Source of the DNA: Spirochaetia bacterium
GTDB lineage: Bacteria; Spirochaetota; Spirochaetia; SZUA-6; Bin103
Direction: 5' to 3'
Length of the DNA: 64,000 nt
Assembly (NCBI GenBank): GCA_965203905.1
Contig: CBDBDQ010000005.1
Location: 6,720,001 to 6,784,000, forward strand
Position numbers and translations under genes: made by a program. Positions 28,731 to 36,809 of this stretch are shown in pieces. Below the pieces are notes generated by a model that did no database searches, was not told the origin of the DNA, and was given only the letters and a program-made list of their open reading frames with translations. Position 1 is the stretch's first letter; every line of letters starts with the position of its first letter.

Positions 28731-29807
28731 TCACCGCTCCAGCTCCGGATGCAGCGGAAACTCGACCACCCGGCCGTCCTGCTGCGCGGAGCGGTAGGCG
28801 CCCTCCATCATCTCGACGCAGCGCAGTCCCTCGACCCAGGTGAGACACGGCTCGGCACCGCTGCCGATCCAGCGGAAGAAGTCGCCGATCTCGCGGCGGT
28901 AGGCATGGTCGAAGCCCAGGTCGTCGAAACGCTCGTGCCGCGGGGTGGCGGCGTCGAGGCGCTGCCAGTACAGGTCGATGTGGTCGAGCGCCGGCACCAG
29001 CTTGAAGCCCCCGTGAAGGCACTCCGCCCACGGCCCCTGCGACTCGCGGAACGCGTGCAGCGGAAACGACAGGCCGCCGGCGATCGTGGCCACGGCACCC
29101 GAGTGGAACCGGAACGTGGCGTGCACGATGTCGCGGAACCCGTAGCGGGAATCGTGCTGCGGCCCGAACACTGCGTGCACGTCCCGGGCATCGCCGCACA
29201 TGGCGCGAAACCAGTCGATCACGTGCACGCCGTGCATATGGAAGAAGCCGCCGCCGCGCGCCGGGTCCGCCCACCAAGTGTCGAAGAACTCGTAGGGCCG
29301 GTTGTCGGTGTACTGCGCCACCGTGATCGACAGCGGCGGACCGAGCAGGGCGTCCGCGGTCAGCTCCACCAGCCGCGCCCAGGGCGGCCGCAGCCGCCTC
29401 TTGTGCCCGACCATCAACTTGACGCCGTGACGCCGGTACGCCACCACCATGTCCCAGCACTCCCGCACCGTGCGCGCCATCGCCTTCTCGCAGAACACGT
29501 GCACTCCCGCCTCGGCGGCAGCCACGGCAATCTCCGCGTGCACGTGGTTGGCGGCCGTCACCAGCACCGCATCCAGACGTTCGCCCCGCAACAGCTCGCG
29601 GTAGTCCCCGTAGCCCGGCACGTCCGCCTGCAACTCGCTCGCCGTTGCCACGAGGTTGCCGGCAGCGGGATCGCACAGCGCCACCAGCTCGCCACACTCC
29701 CTGGCGTAGCGCGCCAGGTGCTTGCCGAAGTCCCCGCATCCCACCAGCGCAAATGGCGGCCGCCCGGTCCCCGCACCGGACGCCGCGGCAGAGGTCGATC
29801 CGCTCAT
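28731..29807 (-). CDS. Gfo/Idh/MocA oxidoreductase
   Basis: LVGCGDFG, FCEKAMA, GGG...HGVHVID. Confidence 0.85.
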   Translation of the reverse strand: MSGSTSAAASGAGTGRPPFALVGCGDFGKHLARYARECGELVALCDPAAGNLVATASELQADVPGYGDYRELLRGERLDAVLVTAANHVHAEIAVAAAEAGVHVFCEKAMARTVRECWDMVVAYRRHGVKLMVGHKRRLRPPWARLVELTADALLGPPLSITVAQYTDNRPYEFFDTWWADPARGGGFFHMHGVHVIDWFRAMCGDARDVHAVFGPQHDSRYGFRDIVHATFRFHSGAVATIAGGLSFPLHAFRESQGPWAECLHGGFKLVPALDHIDLYWQRLDAATPRHERFDDLGFDHAYRREIGDFFRWIGSGAEPCLTWVEGLRCVEMMEGAYRSAQQDGRVVEFPLHPELER

Positions 29808-29964
29808 GCAAGCGAGATCCTACTGCGGATCGCCGACCGGCGTCATCGCTACACGGCGGTTACGCCTTGCAAAGGCAACCTCCCACCTGCGCCGCAGCAC
29901 GACTTGTCGCTGACATGGTTCAAGATGCGTCTTGATATTCCGAACGGAGGTGCATTCACCGAAG

Positions 29965-31437
29965 TCAGGATCCGCTTGTACGATGGAGATGCTGTTGCGT
30001 AATGGCACTCGCAGCCTCGTCGACTCCTGGATAGAGGACCTCCCGCGTAACGTTCAGTAGCCGGAGTTCGTCGACAATCGCAAGCTTCCTCTCAAAGGGA
30101 ATCCGCAACTCGTGATGCCCATATAGCGGCACTTCAGCGATCCGTTTCGATACTTCTTCGCTTTCGAATCGCTCATGGAATGCTGAAACGAGAAACGCAC
30201 CAGATTGCGCTCTGAGACGGTCGAAAATGTGTTGTGGCTCCACGATAATGACTCTAAAAAAGTCTCGCCAATCGATTTTCGCATCGAAAGATGGACTCTC
30301 GTGCCGGATAAGGGCATACAGACGGGCCTTGGCTCGAGCAAACAGCTCTCGACAAGCGAGAAAATTGCCGGCCTCGGCAAAGAAGCAATCGCCCCGTGCG
30401 TCAGCCTCCGTCTTTCCCAGGAGCAGGTTTTGCTCGCGGCGTGGCAGTTTGGCGAAATTCGAGATGATCCTGACCGTATCGCTATTGAACGGTTTGATCA
30501 GAGACTTGGGAACGGCGAAAACATGTACCTTTCCATCCTCCTGTTCGTTATCAGTGCACGCGTTGAAGAGCGCGACGAGAGGATTGCGGGTAATGTCCAG
30601 CAGGCGTGTCTTCAAACCGTGATGTTGGGCAAAGACCCACTGCGCCAGAGCCGAGTTCACCCCGCCGAAGGCGTCCGGCTGACGGGTCATGAGATCGTTC
30701 AGCATTTCGGATTCTGCTGCTCGAAAAGCGTATACGCCGTCTCGAGTAGCTCGCATTGCGGAAGGGCGCAACTCCCAGGAGCAACAGCCTTCCCCTCTGA
30801 AGTACAGGATAGCGTGCTCTCCGTAAGCATCCCTTAGATCCCGACATGCATCCAGGAGATCGTTGATGCGTTCAACAGTCTTAGGAGGGAACGGAACAGG
30901 CGTGATCGAGTCTTCAACGGGTGGGAAATACAGTCGAGCCGTCCATGGCCTCGACAACATGAAATCACATCCGACGATCTTGGCGCTATACAGGTGTGCC
31001 CCGTCGAGCGTGCAGCGGAAGAACATCGCCGCTTCCAAATCAGCGCCGACTAGCTGGGCCGCGGAAAACTGGGAATCGAGGAACTGTGCCCTTACGAGTC
31101 TCGCTGAATGAAGTACGGCGCGCCTGAAGTCGGCTCCCACTCCAATTGAACCGGACAGATCGGTTCCGATTAGCTTGGAACCTGCTAAGTTGGAACCGAG
31201 AAAATGGGCAGTTGTTACGTTAGTATCCCTGAGCGTGGAATTGCTGAGGTCGGCGCCCGAAAGATTGATACCCTTCAGATTGACAGTGATCTGGCGTATG
31301 TCCTCGCGTTCGTGCCCCCCAAGTGATCTCGATATGTCCTCCGAACTGAGATCGGGGTCAAAGGGAGTCTCTCTTCGCCTGCGGTTCCAAGGTTCGACAC
31401 CTTCTCGCAACCAGTTTACATGTTCAGGGTTTGCCAT
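29965..31437 (-). CDS. pentapeptide-repeat + FRG-domain fusion protein
   Basis: MANPEH...WN leader with A(D/N)LS-type pentapeptides, then YFRGE, L.PS, AQHHGLKTRLLDITRNPLVALFNAC, R.RAQSGAF, LYPG.D. GC is lower than the flanks. Confidence 0.85.
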   Translation of the reverse strand: MANPEHVNWLREGVEPWNRRRRETPFDPDLSSEDISRSLGGHEREDIRQITVNLKGINLSGADLSNSTLRDTNVTTAHFLGSNLAGSKLIGTDLSGSIGVGADFRRAVLHSARLVRAQFLDSQFSAAQLVGADLEAAMFFRCTLDGAHLYSAKIVGCDFMLSRPWTARLYFPPVEDSITPVPFPPKTVERINDLLDACRDLRDAYGEHAILYFRGEGCCSWELRPSAMRATRDGVYAFRAAESEMLNDLMTRQPDAFGGVNSALAQWVFAQHHGLKTRLLDITRNPLVALFNACTDNEQEDGKVHVFAVPKSLIKPFNSDTVRIISNFAKLPRREQNLLLGKTEADARGDCFFAEAGNFLACRELFARAKARLYALIRHESPSFDAKIDWRDFFRVIIVEPQHIFDRLRAQSGAFLVSAFHERFESEEVSKRIAEVPLYGHHELRIPFERKLAIVDELRLLNVTREVLYPGVDEAASAITQQHLHRTSGS

Positions 31438-31513
31438 CCCGTCTCCGCAGATCGATAGCCGTCGAAATCACTCGTGCCCATCAATCGTCCCAACGACCGG
31501 ACACCGCACAATC

Positions 31514-32194
31514 TCAACGTGGTTTACCGCCTCGGCCACTGCCGCCCGCGCACTCATCATTCGCATGCGGACTCCAGCGCGCGGGTTTCCGGATATTGGT
31601 GCCGGGAATCGGATCCGGGAGCTGGGAACGCCTCAGGGCGTTGGGTCTGACGTGTCTTGAGAAGTGCGCATGCGCCATGAGTTGACGCGACGGGCGACCT
31701 GTTCCGGGCGTCACGAGGCCAATCCTCTTGCCATGATGTTGCCTGACGATGCGCATCGCTTCGGCGATGTCGCTGTCGTTGGTCGCCACGATCGCGCAAT
31801 CGTAGGCGTCGAGCCACCCGTCATTGAGCAACTGCACGGCGAGATTGACGTCCGAGCCCTTCTCCTCGGTCTTGATCACCTCGACCATTCTCCTGCGTCC
31901 GACAGGACGTACCAACGGGGCACGTACCGAATGGCTCAGGAAATGCCCGAAGTACACCTCGACCTGCGGCCGGTAGCGCCGGAGGGCGCGCAGATACACG
32001 TCCTGGCGTTGCGGCTTGGATTGATCGCCAGGCGTGCCCGACACCCTCGCGGTAAAGTACTTGATGGTAAGGATCTCGTGATGCGGCTGCAGGACCTTCT
32101 CGAACAGCGCGACCAGGTCCAGCCATTTCCATGAGGTCCCCTTGAGGGCGCCATAGTAGAGATTGAATCCATCTACATAGATGTAGGTGCGCAT
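31514..32194 (-). CDS. NYN-domain (LabA/DUF88 PIN-like) ribonuclease
   Basis: MRTYIYVDGFNLYYG, KYFTA, EEKGSDVNLA, TNDSD, SQLP...KP..W, followed by a short extra tail. Confidence 0.9.
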   Translation of the reverse strand: MRTYIYVDGFNLYYGALKGTSWKWLDLVALFEKVLQPHHEILTIKYFTARVSGTPGDQSKPQRQDVYLRALRRYRPQVEVYFGHFLSHSVRAPLVRPVGRRRMVEVIKTEEKGSDVNLAVQLLNDGWLDAYDCAIVATNDSDIAEAMRIVRQHHGKRIGLVTPGTGRPSRQLMAHAHFSRHVRPNALRRSQLPDPIPGTNIRKPARWSPHANDECAGGSGRGGKPR

Positions 32195-32265
32195 CGTCGC
32201 CCGCGCAAAATGCAAGGGCCTCCGAAGAGGCCCCGCGCCCTGCGCTCGAAACCGCAAGGGGTATC
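32195..32265 (-). ncRNA. candidate structured leader RNA with two hairpins
   Basis: On the minus strand: CCCU-UGCG-GUUUCGAG-CGCA-GGG (32260-32238), then GGGCCUC-UUCG-GAGGCCC (32233-32216), then UUGCAUUUU. No SD before the NYN ATG. Confidence 0.5.
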
Positions 32266-32271
32266 AACGAC

Positions 32272-32300
32272 AATGTAGCTTCTGTCGGCAGCATGTTCAA
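32272..32300 (-). promoter_or_regulatory. sigma70-type promoter for the leader RNA/NYN gene
   Basis: TTGAAC (32300-32295), 17-nt spacer, TACATT (32277-32272). Confidence 0.6.
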
Positions 32301-32485
32301 TCAGTGCCGGGCTGGCTCAGGCTGGCTCGGCCCGAAATGCCCGCACCATCGAGACTTGTCGAGAATCACTCGGCGTGCGAGCAAGGACAGTCCGAGACAG
32401 GGCGACTTGCAGAAAGCACACAACCTTGACAAACCGGAGGGTTCGCTTTACGCAGCATTGCGATGGGGCCGGCGCGGCCGGCGGC

Positions 32486-33241
32486 GTGGCGAACGGCAGG
32501 GAGGGTAGCGGTATCCTGGATGCCTGCAATACATCCGCGGAACTGGCGGCGAGCGGCGCCGAGTTGGCGATCCTGCCGATCGGCGCCACCGAGCAGCACG
32601 GCAGCTACCTGCCGCTGGCGACCGATTCGCTGGAGGCGGAGGCGGTGGCGCGCGGGGTGGCGGAGCGGATGAACGCCTTCCTGCTGCCGGTGCTGCCGTT
32701 CAGCAACTCGGAGGCGCACGCCGGGTTTCGCGGCTCGGTGTCGCTCAACCCGAGCACGCTGCTGACCGTGGTCAAGGAGCTGGCCCTGGACCTGATCGGA
32801 CAGGGGTTCCGCTACGTCGTGCTGCTCAACATGCACGGCGGCAACCTGATCCTGCGGCCTGCGGTGCGCGAGATCAACCGCAGCACCGATGCCGGCCGCG
32901 CGCTGTTCCTGCAGCCGTTCACCCTGGCCGCCGCGGAGCTGCAGCGCATCTTCCCCAACTTCGCGAACGAGGCCCATGCCGGCGGCTTCGAGGCGTCGCT
33001 GATCATGGAAATCGCGCCGCAAACCATCAAGGGCAGCGTCCCCGACACCGTGCCGGAGAGCCCGGTGGAGGCGTTCGACTACCTGACCATGGCCCAGCTC
33101 AGCGCCAACGGCGTGTGGGGCGAGCCGAGCCAGGCCCGGCGCGAGCGCGGGCGCCGGGCGTTGGCGGTGATGGTCGAGCACAGCGTGCGCCACATCCGCG
33201 CCGCGATCGCGCGCATCGCCGCCGCCGGGGCCGCGCCGTGA
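32486..33241 (+). CDS. creatininase-family amidohydrolase (start uncertain)
   Basis: LPIGATEQHG.YLPLATD, S..H..F.GS, N.HGGN, HAG..E.S, S.NGVWGEP. Confidence 0.9.
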   Translation: MANGREGSGILDACNTSAELAASGAELAILPIGATEQHGSYLPLATDSLEAEAVARGVAERMNAFLLPVLPFSNSEAHAGFRGSVSLNPSTLLTVVKELALDLIGQGFRYVVLLNMHGGNLILRPAVREINRSTDAGRALFLQPFTLAAAELQRIFPNFANEAHAGGFEASLIMEIAPQTIKGSVPDTVPESPVEAFDYLTMAQLSANGVWGEPSQARRERGRRALAVMVEHSVRHIRAAIARIAAAGAAP

Positions 33242-34392
33242 CCCGGCCCACGATTCCCGGCGCCGAGCTGGGGGATCTGCTGTGCCGGCTGATCCGCATC
33301 GACAGCTGCAACCCGCCGGGCCGCGAGGCGCCGGTCGCCGAGCTGCTCGGCGGCTGGCTGCGGGAGGCCGGGCTGGAGGTGGAGCTGGACCGCTTCGCCA
33401 CGGGCCGCGCCAACGTGGTGGCGCGCTGGCGCGGGACCGGCGACGAGCCCGCGCTGCTGTTCAACGGCCACCTCGACACCGTGCCGGTGCAGCGCGAGCA
33501 GTGGCGCCACGACCCGCACGCGGCGGTCGTGGAGGGAGACCTGCTGCACGGCCGCGGCACGGTCGACATGAAGGGCGGCGTCGCCGCGCTGGCGATGGCC
33601 TGTGCCGCGCTGGCACGGGCCGGCGTGCGCCTGCAGCGCGACCTGATCTTCGCCGGCACCGCCGGGGAGGAGGTGGACTGCTGCGGCTCGCAACGGCTGG
33701 CCACCCGCGACCTGGGACCGGTCGCCGCCCTGGTGGTGGGCGAACCCACCAGCCTGCAGGTGGTGACCGCGCACAAGGGGGCGCTGTGGCTGGAGATCGC
33801 CACCAGCGGCAGCGCCGCCCACGGCTCGATGCCGGAACAGGGCAGCAACGCGATCGCCGGCATGTGCCGCATCATCGAACGGCTGCAGGCGTATCGGCCC
33901 GCGCACCGGCCGCATCCGCTGCTGGGGCCGCCGACGGTGAACCTGGGGACCATCCAGGGTGGGGCCAAGGTCAACATCGTGGCAGACCGCTGTGTGCTGA
34001 CGGTGGATCTGCGGAGCGTGCCCGGACAGGACCACGCCACCCTGCTGCGCGAGGTGCGCGCGCTGGCGGACGCCGCGGCAGCAGCAGAGGCCGGCGTGAC
34101 CGCACGGGTCGAGGTGCTGACCGACCGACCGCCGATCGACACGGCGCTGTACGAGTCGCTGGTCGGCACCGCCCTGGAGGTAGCCGGACAGGTGCTCGGC
34201 GGGTCGCCGGCGGCGCGCGGCGTAAGCTACTTTTCCGATGCCTCGGTGCTCACCCCGGCGCTCGGCGTGCCGACGCTGATCTTCGGCCCCGGCGACGAGC
34301 GGCTGGCGCACCAGGTGGACGAGCACACCACCCTGAGCTCCGTGGCCGCGGCGGCGCGCTTCTACACCGCGCTGGCGCAGGCGTTGGGATAG
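33238..34392 (+). CDS. M20 family (ArgE/DapE-like) deacylase
   Basis: FNGHLDTVP, GRG..DMKGG, GEE, GEPT, AHGS.P, GPG...AHQVDE. GTGA overlap with the creatininase gene. Confidence 0.9.
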   Translation: MTRPTIPGAELGDLLCRLIRIDSCNPPGREAPVAELLGGWLREAGLEVELDRFATGRANVVARWRGTGDEPALLFNGHLDTVPVQREQWRHDPHAAVVEGDLLHGRGTVDMKGGVAALAMACAALARAGVRLQRDLIFAGTAGEEVDCCGSQRLATRDLGPVAALVVGEPTSLQVVTAHKGALWLEIATSGSAAHGSMPEQGSNAIAGMCRIIERLQAYRPAHRPHPLLGPPTVNLGTIQGGAKVNIVADRCVLTVDLRSVPGQDHATLLREVRALADAAAAAEAGVTARVEVLTDRPPIDTALYESLVGTALEVAGQVLGGSPAARGVSYFSDASVLTPALGVPTLIFGPGDERLAHQVDEHTTLSSVAAAARFYTALAQALG

Positions 34393-34395
34393 CCC

Positions 34396-35403
34396 GTGGC
34401 GGCGCTCACGGTCCGCGGCGAGGTGGTGGTGGCCGGCGGCGGCAGCAGGCGCCATCGCTCACGTGCCGGGGCCGCAGTGCTGGCCGACGGCAGCCTGTTC
34501 GTGGCCTATCGGGTGGGCCGCAACATGTTCCAGGAATCCCACGGCGCGGTGGTGGCCACGCGCTCGGCGGATGGCGGGAACACCTGGGACGAGCCGCTGC
34601 CGCTGCTGGCGGAGCCGGGCTGGGACTGGTTCGGCGCCCAGCGCCTGCTGCAGCTCGCCGACGGCACCCTGCTGATGCTGGCCGGCAAGGCGCGCTGGAG
34701 CAGCGACCGGTTCCACACCCGCGCCGTCAGGTCGAGCGACGGCGGCCGCACCTGGGAGCCGCCCGGCCCCGAGATCCGCGTGTTCGCCGCCTTCAGCGAG
34801 CCATACGGCCGGGGCGTGGTGCGGGGGCTTCCCGACGGCCGCCTGCTGCTGGGGTTCCAGGGCACTGACACGCCGGGACAACCGAACCTGGCCGCAATCG
34901 CATTCTCCCGCGACCGCGGCGACACCTGGTCGGAGCGGGTGCTGCTGAGCGACGACGCCACGCTGGAGCTGCGCGAGCCCGACACCCTGCCCCTGCCGAA
35001 CGGACGCCTGCTCACCGTGCTGCGCAGCGACGCGCCGCCCTACGCCTCCTACCAGTGCGGTTCGGAGGATGGCGGCAGGAGCTGGTCGCCGCTGGCCGCG
35101 ACCGGGTTCCACGGCCACTGCCCGCGCCTGTTCGCGCTGCGCCGCGCCCTCCTCTGTGTCTATCGCGACATGCACCCGCGGCGGCCGGGCATCGGCTACA
35201 GCGCAAGCTGGGACGGGGGCGAATCGTGGCACTACCAGGGGCTGCTCTACCGGTCGCCGGGGCCCTACCAGGGCTGGGCCACCGCCTGCGGCTACCCGAG
35301 CGTGCTGCGCTTGCCGGACGGCGACCTGCTCTGCGTGTTCCATACCGACTTCGTGGACGACGATTGCGAGATCCGCGCCGTGCGCTTGCAGGAGGTGAAT
35401 TGA
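34396..35403 (+). CDS. BNR/Asp-box (sialidase-fold) protein
   Basis: SADGGNTW, SSDGGRTW, SRDRGDTW, SEDGGRSW, SWDGGESW, C-terminal GYP. No signal peptide. Confidence 0.8.
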   Translation: MAALTVRGEVVVAGGGSRRHRSRAGAAVLADGSLFVAYRVGRNMFQESHGAVVATRSADGGNTWDEPLPLLAEPGWDWFGAQRLLQLADGTLLMLAGKARWSSDRFHTRAVRSSDGGRTWEPPGPEIRVFAAFSEPYGRGVVRGLPDGRLLLGFQGTDTPGQPNLAAIAFSRDRGDTWSERVLLSDDATLELREPDTLPLPNGRLLTVLRSDAPPYASYQCGSEDGGRSWSPLAATGFHGHCPRLFALRRALLCVYRDMHPRRPGIGYSASWDGGESWHYQGLLYRSPGPYQGWATACGYPSVLRLPDGDLLCVFHTDFVDDDCEIRAVRLQEVN

Positions 35404-36809
35404 TGGCCCCGCGCAATATCGACCTGGCGGGCTACGGTCTGCCCTACTGGCTGGACCTCGAACGGCCGCGCTACCCGGCCCTGACCGCCGACGCGCACGC
35501 CGACGTGGCGGTGATCGGCGCCGGCATCGCCGGTCTCAAGCTGGCCGACTACCTGTCGCAGCACGGCCTCGAATGCATCGTGCTGGAGGCGAAGCAGGTG
35601 GGGGAAGGCGCCTCCTCGCGCAACCAGGGCTGCATCGTCACCGGCCTCGCGGTCTCCTACGGCGAGCTCGTCGCCGCCCATTCCCGGGAGGTGGCGCGCG
35701 GCCTGGTTGCGCTCAGCCACCACAACCAGGAGCTGCTGGAGGAGCAGATGGCACAGCACGCGATTGCCTGCGGCTACGAGGTGCTCGGCGAGACTGTGCT
35801 GGTGCGCGGCAATCTCGCGGGCCACGAGCAGACGCTGGCGGCGCTGCGCCGCGATGCCGCCATGCTCACCGAGGACGGCTTCGGCGCCGACTACCTCGAC
35901 GCCGCGGCGGCGCGCGCCGTCAGCGGCAACCCGCTGTTCGCCGGCGGCCTCTGCTTCCGCCGCGACGCGCAGTTCCACTCCGGGCACTTCGTGATCGGGC
36001 TCGGGGTCGCGGTGGCACGCTCGCCGCGGGTGCGCATCTTCGAGCAATCGCCGGTAGTGGAGATCGAGTCGTCCCCCGGCGGCGGCCACCTGGTGCGCAC
36101 GGCACGAGGCAGCGTCAGCGCGTCCCACCTGTGCCTGGCGACCAACGCCCTGGTGCCGCAGCTCCTGCCGGCCCTGACCGGCACCCTGCGCGCGGAACGC
36201 GGGCAGGTCCTGGTCACCGCCCCGCTCGCCGAGCGCCCCTGCCGCGGCTGCTTCTCGTCCGGGTTGGCGTGGTGGCGTGACATCCGCGAGCGCGACGGCA
36301 GCTACCGGCTGCTGTTCGGCGGCGGCCGCGTCCGCGACGAGCCCGACAGCCTGTTCCCGCAGTACGCGGCCGACGGTCGCCGCAACCGCCGCATCGCCAG
36401 CGCGGGCTTCAGTCCCACCGTGGCCCACCAGCGCCGCCTGCACACGCAACTGGAGGAGATCTTCCCCCACCTGGCAGACGCGCCGGTAACCCACCGCTGG
36501 GGCGGCCTGCAGTCGTTCACCTTCGACGGCCTGCCGGTGATCGGCGTGTTCGACCCGGAGCGGCGCATCCACGGCATGGCCGGCTTCTCCGGACTCGGCA
36601 ACTCCTACTCCAACGTCGGCGCGGCACACCTGGCGGCGCGCATCGCCGGCGCCGGGGACGGTCTGGCGCCGCCGTTCCTGGAGACCCTGAAGCTGCTGCT
36701 GGCACCGGCCCGCGCCGGCGCCCGCTGGCCCGGCAGCGAACCCACCCGCGAGCGCTGCGCCGCGCGCAGCCTGGTGCGCGGCACCACCAAGAGTGAGGCC
36801 CGACGATGA
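35403..36809 (+). CDS. FAD-dependent amine/amino-acid oxidoreductase (DAO/PuuB-like)
   Basis: YW, DVAVIGAGIAG, GASSRNQG, LATN, HRWGG...T.DGLP.IG, GFSG.G. Confidence 0.85.
   Translation: MAPRNIDLAGYGLPYWLDLERPRYPALTADAHADVAVIGAGIAGLKLADYLSQHGLECIVLEAKQVGEGASSRNQGCIVTGLAVSYGELVAAHSREVARGLVALSHHNQELLEEQMAQHAIACGYEVLGETVLVRGNLAGHEQTLAALRRDAAMLTEDGFGADYLDAAAARAVSGNPLFAGGLCFRRDAQFHSGHFVIGLGVAVARSPRVRIFEQSPVVEIESSPGGGHLVRTARGSVSASHLCLATNALVPQLLPALTGTLRAERGQVLVTAPLAERPCRGCFSSGLAWWRDIRERDGSYRLLFGGGRVRDEPDSLFPQYAADGRRNRRIASAGFSPTVAHQRRLHTQLEEIFPHLADAPVTHRWGGLQSFTFDGLPVIGVFDPERRIHGMAGFSGLGNSYSNVGAAHLAARIAGAGDGLAPPFLETLKLLLAPARAGARWPGSEPTRERCAARSLVRGTTKSEARR

Noticed and set aside
32426-32454. Promoter for the creatininase operon
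   Set aside because: TTGACA is perfect but the hexamer at 17 nt (TACGCA) is too weak to call.
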